Shown here piece by piece: positions 38,186 through 47,884 of a stretch of DNA of 60,829 nucleotides (position 1 is the stretch's first letter; every line of letters starts with the position of its first letter). This DNA is from an uncultured Gammaproteobacteria bacterium (lineage in GTDB: Bacteria; Pseudomonadota; Gammaproteobacteria; Ga0077536): NCBI GenBank assembly GCA_964642505.1, contig CAZXQY010000004.1, positions 1-60,829 on the forward strand, written 5' to 3'. The notes beneath the pieces are model-generated. The model was given only the letters and a program-made list of their open reading frames with translations, made no database searches and was not told where the DNA came from. Both the position numbers and the translations under genes were made by a program.

Positions 38186-38713
38186 CTAACCTGGGAGAAA
38201 AAGCGCTAAGTGATGCGATGTTGCGGCCATAAAAAGTAACATAGGAATCGACATGACCGTATTCGATCGGGAGGCTAGGAAGGCGATTCGTTTGGCGGAT
38301 GCTTTTTCTTCATCCGTTGCCTCAACCATGCCAAGGATTTTTTTCTGGTTAGGCCAGATTAAAACCCATACATTGAAAAGCATAATAGTTCCCAGCCAAG
38401 CCCCAATACCTATCGAAGTTAGCTGAGCATTAACCTCTCCCACTCCTAGCGTGAATGCACCGTGAAGCGAGTAGCCAGGGGCGGCGTACAAGTAGTACGC
38501 TCCAGTTAACCAAGTGACAAGAGCAGCCCATCGAAACCATAGAAGCGCTCGAGGAGCGACATATTTCCCAATTGCCGCAGGCCCTGGTCCGTCAGAGTCT
38601 GCCGTTGCTTCTGCCATGGCCGGCACTTGGACGAAATTAAAGTAATATAGTAGTCCAATCCACATAACACCGGCTACTATGTGTAGCCAGCGATCTAGCA
38701 TGATAATTTCCAT
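38186..38713 (-). CDS. Urate-oxidase N-terminal domain / PuuD-like membrane protein
   Basis: RWLHIVAGVMWIGLLYYFNFVQ, ALLWFRWAA, GTIMLFNVW..IWPNQK, SRSN..MSIPML. Confidence 0.82.
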   Translation of the reverse strand: MEIIMLDRWLHIVAGVMWIGLLYYFNFVQVPAMAEATADSDGPGPAAIGKYVAPRALLWFRWAALVTWLTGAYYLYAAPGYSLHGAFTLGVGEVNAQLTSIGIGAWLGTIMLFNVWVLIWPNQKKILGMVEATDEEKASAKRIAFLASRSNTVMSIPMLLFMAATSHHLALFLPG

Positions 38714-38742
38714 AATTTATCCCTCAGGTGATTTTTTGATGA

Positions 38743-38841
38743 TCAAGCGCCAGCTATTATCCACTTAGCGACGAACACAAGCACTACGCTTAAGACAACG
38801 CCAGAAACTATAGTGCCAAGGATACTGTCTAACGGATTCAT
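38743..38841 (-). CDS. Small single-TM protein MNPLDSILGTIVSGVVLSVVLVFVAKWIIAGA (32 aa), not in ORF track
   Basis: Strong RBS GGAGGAG before ATG; hydrophobic helix; stop 29 nt upstream of the PuuD-like gene. Confidence 0.7.
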   Translation of the reverse strand: MNPLDSILGTIVSGVVLSVVLVFVAKWIIAGA

Positions 38842-38880
38842 AATTTCGCTCCTCCATATTTCAATTACAGTGATGATTTG

Positions 38881-39756
38881 TTACGTTGACAACGCCATAT
38901 GATAACTCATTGCGATTCCGCAGAAAATAATTCCTCCTACAAAATTATTATTCTCAAAAGCTTTCAGGCACTTGAAGTCCTCCCTAGAGGTTATTAACCA
39001 GTGCTGATACATAAAACTAACGGATACTAGGCCAAGTCCGACGTAAAACGGATACATTAGCCCTAAATTCTGTCCAATAATAACCAGGAAAATCACGAAT
39101 ATTGTCTGAAGGATGGCCGTGGCTATCACATCTTCTTCGCCAAATAAAATGGACAGCGATTTGATTCCGGCCTGTATGTCGTCTTTTTTGTCTGCCATAG
39201 CGTAAAAAGTGTCGTATGCGACCGTCCAGATTACGGCAGTTAAAAAAAGCGACCAGGCTATTTTTGGAACGGTCTCCAAGACAGCTGAGAAAGCCATCGG
39301 AATACTCCAACTGAAAGCGAATCCCAAGTGGAATTGAGGCAGGTAGGAAAATCGTTTAGTTAAAGGATAGGTTGTAGCCAGAAAAAGTCCGATAACGGCT
39401 AGCAGTACTGTTAATTTATTGGTCAAGAGAACCAAACTAGTGCTGAATAAGACCAAGACAACAAAGGTAACTAGTGCCTCTTTGGGTGTTATAGCACCAG
39501 TTACGATAGGTCGCTCTTTGGTTCTGGTGATTTTTCCATCCACCGTTCTGTCAAGATAATCGTTAATGACACAGCCTGCCGAACGCATCATAATTGTCCC
39601 AAGCACGAAGATAGTTAAGACTCCCAGGGAAGGAGGGCCTTCCGCTGCAATCCATAGAGCCCACAACGTGGGCCACAGAAGTAAATAAATCCCAATCGGC
39701 CGATGTAATCGGAGAAGAAAAGCATAATTTCTAGCTTTCTTAGCGACTGCATCCAT
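38881..39756 (-). CDS. ubiA: 4-hydroxybenzoate polyprenyltransferase
   Basis: RLHRPIG..LLLWP, RSAGCVINDYLD, YDTFYAMADKKDD. Confidence 0.95.
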   Translation of the reverse strand: MDAVAKKARNYAFLLRLHRPIGIYLLLWPTLWALWIAAEGPPSLGVLTIFVLGTIMMRSAGCVINDYLDRTVDGKITRTKERPIVTGAITPKEALVTFVVLVLFSTSLVLLTNKLTVLLAVIGLFLATTYPLTKRFSYLPQFHLGFAFSWSIPMAFSAVLETVPKIAWSLFLTAVIWTVAYDTFYAMADKKDDIQAGIKSLSILFGEEDVIATAILQTIFVIFLVIIGQNLGLMYPFYVGLGLVSVSFMYQHWLITSREDFKCLKAFENNNFVGGIIFCGIAMSYHMALST

Positions 39757-39779
39757 AACTTATTGTTGTCACTCCTTTT

Positions 39780-41870
39780 TTAAATGTCTGCTGAAAGTCT
39801 CTTCCCAATCGCCCATCGATTGCATAGGCGATCAATTGTATTATCATCAATACTTTTCATTTCTATAGCCGCGTTTCCTATTTCGGCTACTATTCTAGAG
39901 TCTCTTACTAAGTCCGCGATCTTAAATTGAAAAGCCCCCGATTGTCGTTTCCCCAAAAATTCACCGGGCCCTCGTAGTTCTAGATCTAGTTCGGCGATCT
40001 TGAAGCCGTCGTTTGTGTTTCTAATTATTTCCAGTCTAGTTCGTGCCATCTCGGATAAAGGGTTTTTGTACAACAGGATACAATTGGCTTTCAATTGGCT
40101 TCTGCCTACTCGCCCTCTTAGTTGGTGGAGTTGCGATAGTCCTAGATGCTCAGAATTTTCGATCACTATTAAGGTGGCATTCGGTGCATCAACCCCAACC
40201 TCGATTACCGTGGTCGCAACAAGGAGGCTAGTATTACCTAGAATGAAATCTTGCATAACATCGTATTTTTCCTGTTCTGACAATCTTCCATGGATCAAAC
40301 TAACGCCTAGTCCGGGTAATTCTCTCGTTAGTTCTGCCGCTATTAAAGTGGCCGCTTTTTTTTCTAATTTGTCGGATTTTTCTATTAATGGGCAGACCCA
40401 GTATATTTGTCTGCCGCCCCGAAAGGCGATTCTTATTCTTTCTATTATCTCGACTCTACGAGATTCTGGTATCAAGTGTGTCGAAACCGTTTTCCTTCCC
40501 TTTGGAAGAGATTTCAACAATGAGATATCTAAATGCGAGTAAGCGGTCATAGCTAGGGTTCGGGGTATAGGTGTTGCCGTCATGACTAACTGGTGAGCCC
40601 GGAACTTACCGGAACGACTTTTCCTTAAAAGGGCCTCGCGTTGTTCGACACCAAATCGATGTTGTTCATCGATTATAGCTAGGCCAAGCTTTCGGTATAT
40701 CAAGTTTTCTTGAAAGAGAGCGTGTGTTCCTACGACAATAAGTGGTTTTTCTGATGCTATGTGTAACACGATATCTTTTCGCTCAAATGCAGAAAGTTTA
40801 CCGGTGACTAATATTGTTTCAAACCCTAGAGGTTTGAACCATTCCATCAATGTTTTGTGGTGTTGCTCTGCAAGTATCTCGGTGGGAGCCATCAGAGCGA
40901 CTTTGTAGTTACTCGCCAGTATGTTAGTGCAGATGGCACCTGCCACTACGGTTTTTCCGGAACCAACATCTCCTTGTAATAGTCTATTCATTGGTATGTT
41001 TCTATTTAAGTCTGCATCTATTTCAGATATGACCTTTTGTTGGTTGCCCGTCAATTCAAATTCAAGACCGTTTAGAAACTTATCGCGTAAAAAAGAGCAA
41101 GAAACGGATGGAGCAATTCGCTTCATGTTCTGATTGCGTCCACGAGTTAGGTATAATTTTTGAGCAAGAAGCTCCTCAAAAGCTAATCGTCGAAGGTAAG
41201 GATAGATTAATTTGCGGATCGGATCCGTGCTATCAGCTGATGGGTAGTGTATATTCTTTATGGATTCGCCGATATCAGCTAGTTTAAAGTTTTGTCTTAT
41301 TGTTTCTGGCAATAGTTCGTAGTCGGAGGGATTACTTTTTTCTAAAATATTTATTGTCTGACGAATAAGACTACTCATTTTTTTCTGTTGAATTCCTTCT
41401 GTTAAGGGATAGATTGCTGTAAGCGTTTCGTTGATAGGGATTTTGTCAAAGATGTTCGCTAACTTGTATTCTGGGTGTATAAGCTCGAAACCACGGACCG
41501 TTTTCCTCGTTAAACCGAAACACTGTATCTTACTTCCCACTTCTAATTTATCCGTCTGGCTTTTTGAGAAATGAAAGAATCGCAGCGTTACCGAGCCACT
41601 GGGGTCGGTTACCCTGCACACAAGACTTCTTCGTCCTCTATAAACTATTTGTTTGGTTTCTAATACACCTTCGATAAGCGATTCCTCCCCATTTTTCAAA
41701 TAATTTATTGGAGTTATCTTAGTTTTATTTTGGTACCGGGTGGGTAAATGGAATAGCAGGTCACTGGCGACATTAACACCTATCTTGGCCAGTTTCTCGG
41801 CTGTTTTTGGCCCTACTCCGTCCAGTTTTAGAACTGGACTATCAAGTTTTAAATCGTCTTTATCCGGCAT
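39780..41870 (-). CDS. recG: ATP-dependent DNA helicase RecG
   Basis: LQGDVGSGKT, DEQHRFG, TATPIPRT, QLHQLRGRVGR. Confidence 0.97.
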   Translation of the reverse strand: MPDKDDLKLDSPVLKLDGVGPKTAEKLAKIGVNVASDLLFHLPTRYQNKTKITPINYLKNGEESLIEGVLETKQIVYRGRRSLVCRVTDPSGSVTLRFFHFSKSQTDKLEVGSKIQCFGLTRKTVRGFELIHPEYKLANIFDKIPINETLTAIYPLTEGIQQKKMSSLIRQTINILEKSNPSDYELLPETIRQNFKLADIGESIKNIHYPSADSTDPIRKLIYPYLRRLAFEELLAQKLYLTRGRNQNMKRIAPSVSCSFLRDKFLNGLEFELTGNQQKVISEIDADLNRNIPMNRLLQGDVGSGKTVVAGAICTNILASNYKVALMAPTEILAEQHHKTLMEWFKPLGFETILVTGKLSAFERKDIVLHIASEKPLIVVGTHALFQENLIYRKLGLAIIDEQHRFGVEQREALLRKSRSGKFRAHQLVMTATPIPRTLAMTAYSHLDISLLKSLPKGRKTVSTHLIPESRRVEIIERIRIAFRGGRQIYWVCPLIEKSDKLEKKAATLIAAELTRELPGLGVSLIHGRLSEQEKYDVMQDFILGNTSLLVATTVIEVGVDAPNATLIVIENSEHLGLSQLHQLRGRVGRSQLKANCILLYKNPLSEMARTRLEIIRNTNDGFKIAELDLELRGPGEFLGKRQSGAFQFKIADLVRDSRIVAEIGNAAIEMKSIDDNTIDRLCNRWAIGKRLSADI

Positions 41871-41885
41871 ATTCTGCCAGTTGAT

Positions 41886-42275
41886 TTAATCATGTGATAA
41901 AGCCAGTATCGCATCAATTTCTAGTATGCCCCCTTTTGGAAGTGATTTAACTTCTACTACGGATCGGGCGGGATACGGTTCAGAGAAAAACTCTCTCATC
42001 GTAGTATTTACCAAGTCAAAATCCTTTAAATCAGTGACAAATATAGTCAATTTTATGCAGTCGTTTAATGTACAACCCGTGGCGTTCGCTATGCTGGCTA
42101 AATTTTGAAATGTTTGTCGCACCTGGGATTCTTTAATTTCACTTACTATAGAGTTACTTTTTGGGTCGAGTGGAATCTGCCCTGAAATAAAGACTAGACC
42201 ATTTTGAGCAACTGCCTGTGAGTAGGGCCCTAAAGCTTTTGGTGCGTTTTCCGTTGCAATAGCAATTTTAGACAT
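41886..42275 (-). CDS. ridA: RidA family reactive-intermediate deaminase
   Basis: GPYSQAV, SGQIPLDP, PYPARS, LPKG..EIDAI. Confidence 0.92.
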   Translation of the reverse strand: MSKIAIATENAPKALGPYSQAVAQNGLVFISGQIPLDPKSNSIVSEIKESQVRQTFQNLASIANATGCTLNDCIKLTIFVTDLKDFDLVNTTMREFFSEPYPARSVVEVKSLPKGGILEIDAILALSHD

Positions 42276-42278
42276 AAG

Positions 42279-44459
42279 CTAAAGTAGCCTAGATTTTCTC
42301 GGTTGGTTTCTGTTGACTCTAGAGACAGTTTTTATCTTTCTTAGATCTCGCAGTAGGTCCGCGAGATGCTTTCTTCCTTGTACACCAATCGTTAGTTTCA
42401 TTTGAGCATACTCTTCCGCTCTCTCACTTAGCTCAACACCTTCAATACTTGCTAGCCGGTCGGCGCAACTAGCAGCTATGGTTGCTAAAACTCCTTTCTG
42501 ATTCGACACATCCAGAGTAATTTCGCAACTAAACTCTCTGCTTATAGAAGTTGCCCATCGTACATCTACCCACTTTTCTGGGGCATTACGGAACTCTACG
42601 GTGTTGTGGCAAGTCGGCCTGTGAATTACTATTCCTCTTCCTGAGGTAATGATCCCCATTATTTGATCCCCAGGTATCGGGTGACAGCATTTTGGTATAG
42701 ATACAACCATTCCCTCTGTTCCATGGATAATCAGCGGAGCTGCATTTTTGCTCTTTGTCGTTTTCTTATCTTTTTGGTCAATCTTAGCGAGTTCTAATTT
42801 TACCACCTCCGCGGCTAAAATCGGGGGACGATTCCCTAATCCTATATCTGCTAAAAGATCATCGAAAGAAACTAATTTTAAACTGCCAACTATGTTAGAT
42901 GCTTGTTGAGTATTTAGAGACTTAACCGACCGAGAAGTTTTAATAAGTTCATTGTCCAGCATTCTTCTGCCTAATTCTATTGCCTCGTCTCGACGAAGGT
43001 TCTTTAAATAGTGCCGGATATTGGCTCTAGCTTTGCTGGTGGTTACAAAGTTCAGCCACATTGGATTCGGTTTGGCTCCCGGAGCGGTAACGATTTCAAT
43101 TTGATCTCCTGTCTGTAGTAGAGTTCTGAGAGGTGCTATTCTTTTATTGATTCTGCATCCTACACACCGTTTCCCGACATCTGTATGAATGGCGTACGCT
43201 AAATCTACCGCGCACGCACCTTTTGGCATTTCGAGGACGTCGCCGTTCGGAGTAAGGACATAAACGGAGTCGGGAAATAAATCCACTTTTACATGCTCAA
43301 GAAATTCCACTGAGTTCCCAGCTTGTCTTTGGATATCCAACATGCCTCTAAGCCACTCGTGGGCCCTCTTCCGAGCTGTTTTCACAGCTTTATCACCAGT
43401 TTTATAAAGCCAATGGGCTGCAATTCCAGCCTCCGCCATTTGGTCCATTTCATTCGTCCGGATTTGAATCTCGACAGGAACTCCAAAGGGGCCAAACAGG
43501 ACAGTATGGAGAGATTGATATCCGTTCGCCTTTGGTATGGCTATATAGTCTTTAAAGGTACCGGGGACCGGTTTGTATAGACCATGAATCAGACCAAGTG
43601 TTCTATAGCAGGTATCAGCTGTGTCGACTATAATTCTAAAAGCGTAAACATCGTGCACCTCACTAAAGTGAAGACTTTTTTCTTTCATCTTTTTGTAGAT
43701 GCTATATAAGTGTTTTTCCCGGCCGACCACATGAGAAACTAAATTTCCCTGTCTTAGATACCGCTTCAATCTATTTCCGATTTTCGTAATTACTTCTTTT
43801 CTGTTACCCCTTATTTGTTGAATGACCCTTTGAAGCACCCCATGTCTCAACGGATATAGTGTTTGAAATCCCAGTTCTTCTAATTCCAGCCTTATTGTGT
43901 TCATCCCTAGTCTTTGGGCGATGGGTGCGTATATCTCTAAAGTTTCCCTGGCTATTAGTTTTTGTTTTTGTAGTTCTAAGTGCTCTATGGTTCGCATGTT
44001 ATGCAATCGATCAGCTAATTTGACCAAAATAACCCGTATGTCGCTAGCCATTGCCATCAACATTTTCTGAAAATTAGTAGCTTGAGCTTCCGCATGTGAC
44101 TCGAATTCTATTTGAGTTAGCTTACTCAACCCGTCGACTATCTGCGCTACCCCTGTTCCAAATTCCCTTCTGATGTGGCTTTTCGCAACTCGAGTGTCTT
44201 CTATGACGTCGTGGAGCATGGCCGCTATAAGAGTTTCATGATCCATTCGCATTTCTGCCAAGATATGCGCGACCGCTAAAGGATGTTGTATATACGGCTC
44301 TCCACTTTTTCTTAATTGCCCTAGATGCGCCTTCGCGCTGAAGTCGTAGGCTTTTCTAATTGACCTAATTTTTTCGGCATCCAGATAAGATCGAGCGCGT
44401 CTACAAAGGTGATCTATTCGGAGGAAGTGGACGGATACATGGTTAGGTCTCGCACTCAT
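42279..44459 (-). CDS. spoT: (p)ppGpp synthetase/hydrolase SpoT
   Basis: HD domain (LHDVIED), KLADRLHNMRT, YQSLHT, TGS/ACT; position after rpoZ. Confidence 0.96.
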   Translation of the reverse strand: MSARPNHVSVHFLRIDHLCRRARSYLDAEKIRSIRKAYDFSAKAHLGQLRKSGEPYIQHPLAVAHILAEMRMDHETLIAAMLHDVIEDTRVAKSHIRREFGTGVAQIVDGLSKLTQIEFESHAEAQATNFQKMLMAMASDIRVILVKLADRLHNMRTIEHLELQKQKLIARETLEIYAPIAQRLGMNTIRLELEELGFQTLYPLRHGVLQRVIQQIRGNRKEVITKIGNRLKRYLRQGNLVSHVVGREKHLYSIYKKMKEKSLHFSEVHDVYAFRIIVDTADTCYRTLGLIHGLYKPVPGTFKDYIAIPKANGYQSLHTVLFGPFGVPVEIQIRTNEMDQMAEAGIAAHWLYKTGDKAVKTARKRAHEWLRGMLDIQRQAGNSVEFLEHVKVDLFPDSVYVLTPNGDVLEMPKGACAVDLAYAIHTDVGKRCVGCRINKRIAPLRTLLQTGDQIEIVTAPGAKPNPMWLNFVTTSKARANIRHYLKNLRRDEAIELGRRMLDNELIKTSRSVKSLNTQQASNIVGSLKLVSFDDLLADIGLGNRPPILAAEVVKLELAKIDQKDKKTTKSKNAAPLIIHGTEGMVVSIPKCCHPIPGDQIMGIITSGRGIVIHRPTCHNTVEFRNAPEKWVDVRWATSISREFSCEITLDVSNQKGVLATIAASCADRLASIEGVELSERAEEYAQMKLTIGVQGRKHLADLLRDLRKIKTVSRVNRNQPRKSRLL

Positions 44460-44532
44460 TGTTTATCCTATACACATGATTTTAGGTGTCTTTACATTCC
44501 TTAAAAATGAGTATTATAGGTCAATAGGGTTT

Positions 44533-44838
44533 TTATTTTGGGCCCGGACGAAACTCCGTCGATTGTTCTTGCTGATCAGCTTGTCTTTCAGCATATTCAA
44601 CCGCGGCCTCATATTCTTCTGCAGCTCGTTGCTTGGCCTCAATCTCATCTAAAATTTCTTGATTCATTAATCCTGCAGCGATTTCTCTCAGAGCAATAAC
44701 CGTCGGTTTATCTTTTTCAGCTTCCACTAATGGTTCCGCTCCCATTTCCAGTTGTCGCGCTCTTCGACTTGCGACCAGCACGATATCAAACCTGTTTCCA
44801 ATTAGGGGCAGGCAATCCTCTACTGTCAGTCGGGCCAT
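44533..44838 (-). CDS. rpoZ: RNA polymerase omega subunit
   Basis: [29 protein letters not shown]. Confidence 0.97.
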   Translation of the reverse strand: MARLTVEDCLPLIGNRFDIVLVASRRARQLEMGAEPLVEAEKDKPTVIALREIAAGLMNQEILDEIEAKQRAAEEYEAAVEYAERQADQQEQSTEFRPGPK

Positions 44839-44869
44839 TTTATTTCCTCGTTGAGTCTAAAAGGAGATT

Positions 44870-45520
44870 CTAACAAACTCTCCCTTGAGCTTCTATTAAT
44901 TCACTTATTTGGCTGTGTTTTCGGATTTTTTGTACTCCCGTCTCAAGCCTCGATGCCCCAATTATTGTTTTTAGCTCAATTAGGGCCTTTTCAAAATTGT
45001 CGTTAATGATTAGGTAGTCGTACTCATCAAAATGCCCGATTTCGCTCCTAGCTTTGTTCATTCTCGATGCGATTTGCGTGGCATCATCACCCCGCTTAAC
45101 TAAACGATCACTCAGGGCGTCCATTGACGGAGGTAAAATGAATACTGAGACGCTGTTTGGCAGCTGAGTTTTTACTGCGCGGGCGCCTTGCCAGTCTATA
45201 TCGAGAGCTACGTCCAGACCTGATTTCAATTGGCTTTTCAGATTATTTTTTGCGGTCCCGTATTTTTCCTCAAAAACATTCGCGTATTCTATAAATTCCT
45301 TTTCTGAAATCATGAAATCGAAAGTTTTGTTTGAGACAAAATGGTAGTCAATCCCATCCCGCTCATTATTTCTCATAGATCGAGTCGTATGGGATATCGA
45401 GCGATGCAGATAGCGATCGGTTTTAATCAGAGCATCCACTAAGCTTGTTTTTCCAGCGCCAGAAGGGGCGGAAAAGATAAATACACGACCTTCGTCGTTT
45501 TCTAGAGTCTTTCTATTCAA
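44870..45520 (-). CDS. gmk: Guanylate kinase
   Basis: APSGAGKTS, SHTTR, DIDWQGA, FILPPS. Confidence 0.97.
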   Translation of the reverse strand: MNRKTLENDEGRVFIFSAPSGAGKTSLVDALIKTDRYLHRSISHTTRSMRNNERDGIDYHFVSNKTFDFMISEKEFIEYANVFEEKYGTAKNNLKSQLKSGLDVALDIDWQGARAVKTQLPNSVSVFILPPSMDALSDRLVKRGDDATQIASRMNKARSEIGHFDEYDYLIINDNFEKALIELKTIIGASRLETGVQKIRKHSQISELIEAQGRVC

Positions 45521-46379
45521 TGTTCTGAACCTGCTCTCTCATTTGCTCAAGTAAGACTTTCATTTCAATAGTACCAGCTGAAATTTCAACGTTGTTAGAT
45601 TTTGCTCCTAAAGTGTTTGTTTCCCGGCCCAGTTCCTGCAAGATGAAGTCTAGTCTTCTTCCGACTGGGCTATGTTGATCGATTACTCTTGCCATTTCTT
45701 CCAAATGAGAGTCTATTCTGTCGAGTTCTTCAGAAATATCTAGTTTTTGTATCAAGAGAGCACATTCTTGCTCCAGTCTACCGTGTTCTAACCCGTCGTT
45801 AAGTTGTGTTATTCGTTCCTTGTACCGCTTTCGTGCTTCGTCAATACTAGCTGGGGATAAAGTTTTTATCGCTGAGAATTGAGCTCTATATAGTTCTATT
45901 TTTTCCTCAAGTGTTTGCTTGATTTTGATGCCTTCCCGTTCTCTGGCAGACAGTAGGTCGTCCAAGGTTTCATTGAATAATTCCGTCAAGGTTTCGGAAA
46001 AACTTTCAAAATGAATACCAGGTACTTTAAGAAGATTCGGCCATTTGAGAATGTCTACAAAGTTTAATCCTAGCTCAGACCCAAACGATTCCGATAGCTC
46101 TTTGTGGAGCGCGGACAAAGAAAATAGTGTATTTTTATCGATTGTTAAAAGATTTTTTGTCGTTTGTTCAATTTCTATTGTCAAATGACAATCGATTTTA
46201 CCTCTGGTAACCCGTGATTTTATTAGCTCTCTCGCATTTTCCTCAAAAGATCGAAATATTTCCGGTAATTTGACCGAAACGTCTAAATGGCGGTGGTTTA
46301 GAGACCGTATCTCTAGGAAGCCACTATTGGTATCCTTCTTGAAATTAGTCCTAGCGAAGGCAGTCATGCTCAGAACCAT
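45513..46379 (-). CDS. yicC: YicC family endoribonuclease
   Basis: SMTAF, RSLNHR, GRRLDF..QE..RETNT, EQMREQVQNIE. Confidence 0.95.
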   Translation of the reverse strand: MVLSMTAFARTNFKKDTNSGFLEIRSLNHRHLDVSVKLPEIFRSFEENARELIKSRVTRGKIDCHLTIEIEQTTKNLLTIDKNTLFSLSALHKELSESFGSELGLNFVDILKWPNLLKVPGIHFESFSETLTELFNETLDDLLSAREREGIKIKQTLEEKIELYRAQFSAIKTLSPASIDEARKRYKERITQLNDGLEHGRLEQECALLIQKLDISEELDRIDSHLEEMARVIDQHSPVGRRLDFILQELGRETNTLGAKSNNVEISAGTIEMKVLLEQMREQVQNIE

Positions 46380-46551
46380 CTTTTATTCTCCTTTATCACT
46401 TTAGAGCTCTATTTTGTTTCAAAGAAACGGGATAGTCATTAACGATAGTCGCTAAAGCGGGTGCTAAAATTCTTGGTAAACCTATGTTGGAATGATTTAG
46501 AGGGTATAATGTTTCACATAGCGTACTTGTGTAAAGGGGTAAGTTGATATT

Positions 46552-47271
46552 ATGCGACGACCTAGCGGTAGATCGGCAGATGAATTGCGGGAAACAAAAA
46601 TCACAAAAGATTTCATTCGAAACCCAGAAGGGTCTGTTCTCATCGAATGTGGTGGGACGAGAGTGATCTGTAGCGCCACTATAGAAGAACGGGTGCCGGG
46701 TTTTTTGAAGGGTTCTGGAAACGGTTGGGTGACTGCCGAATATGGCATGTTGCCGGGAGCTACCGCAACTAGGAATCGACGAGAGGCGGCCTCCGGAGTT
46801 CAATCTGGAAGAACAAAAGAGATACAAAGGTTGATCGGGAGATCGATGCGATCAGTAGTAGATTTAGAGTCATTGGGTGAAATGACAATTACGCTGGATT
46901 GCGACGTAATAGAAGCTGATGGAGGGACTCGCACAGCATCTATCACCGGAGCTTATGTGGCCCTTGCTATGGCCGTCGAAAATTTATTGGTGTCCGAAAA
47001 ATTGACCAACAACCCTATCCACGGTGCTTTAGCGGCGATTTCTGTAGGTATCTTTGAAGGAGTTCCCGTTCTCGATTTAGATTACTTGGAGGATTCATCT
47101 GCAGAAACAGATATGAATGTGGTGATGAATGAAGCGGGTCATTACGTAGAAATACAGGGCACGGCAGAGGGCCACGCTTTTCGGAGAGAAGAAATGAACA
47201 TTATGCTAGATTTAGCTCAGCTCGGCATTACGCGGTTGCTACAAATTCAATCCTCTGTTTTGTCCTCTTAG
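46552..47271 (+). CDS. rph: Ribonuclease PH
   Basis: [39 protein letters not shown]. Confidence 0.97.
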   Translation: MRRPSGRSADELRETKITKDFIRNPEGSVLIECGGTRVICSATIEERVPGFLKGSGNGWVTAEYGMLPGATATRNRREAASGVQSGRTKEIQRLIGRSMRSVVDLESLGEMTITLDCDVIEADGGTRTASITGAYVALAMAVENLLVSEKLTNNPIHGALAAISVGIFEGVPVLDLDYLEDSSAETDMNVVMNEAGHYVEIQGTAEGHAFRREEMNIMLDLAQLGITRLLQIQSSVLSS

Positions 47272-47281
47272 ACCTGAATTA

Positions 47282-47884
47282 ATGAAGATTCTAGTAGCTA
47301 GCGAAAATACTGGTAAGGTGTCAGAAATTAGCTATTTTCTCAGGACTCTCAACGTAGACTTCACATCACAAAAAGACCTTGGCTTTAAGTCTGAGCCTGA
47401 GGTTGGCTGTTCTTTTTTGGAAAATGCTTTGAGAAAGGCCAGATATGCTTGTCGATGCAGCGGCTTGCCAACGCTAGCTGATGATTCTGGTCTAATTGTG
47501 CCTAGCCTTCAGGGAGCTCCGGGGGTCAACTCGGCGAGGTTTGCCGGCGACAACTCCGATGATGTTCAGAATATGACTCGGCTGCTCAGACTCATGGAGA
47601 CTCTTGAAGGGGACGATCGGAGAGCGTTTTTTACTTGTGTAATGGTGTTTCTTAAGAACGATGCTGATCCGCTACCCATTGTTACTACGGGTATATGGAA
47701 CGGATCGATTACTAAAGTTCGAAAAGGAGAAAACGGTTTTGGTTACGATCCGATTTTTTTCGACCCACTAGCCGGGAAAACCGCGGGTGAACTAACGCAG
47801 GAGGAAAAGATGATTATTAGTCACAGAGGTAAGGCGTTAGAGGAAATGGCTGAGAAACTTGAGGACTTTTTGTGCCATGAGTGA
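47282..47884 (+). CDS. rdgB: dITP/XTP pyrophosphatase
   Basis: ADDSGL, PGVNSARF, GFGYDPIF, SHRGKA. Confidence 0.96.
   Translation: MKILVASENTGKVSEISYFLRTLNVDFTSQKDLGFKSEPEVGCSFLENALRKARYACRCSGLPTLADDSGLIVPSLQGAPGVNSARFAGDNSDDVQNMTRLLRLMETLEGDDRRAFFTCVMVFLKNDADPLPIVTTGIWNGSITKVRKGENGFGYDPIFFDPLAGKTAGELTQEEKMIISHRGKALEEMAEKLEDFLCHE

Noticed and set aside
45513-47271. Prophage or island insertion at the yicC/rph hotspot
   Set aside because: yicC-gmk and rph-rdgB are contiguous; no integrase or att-like repeats seen
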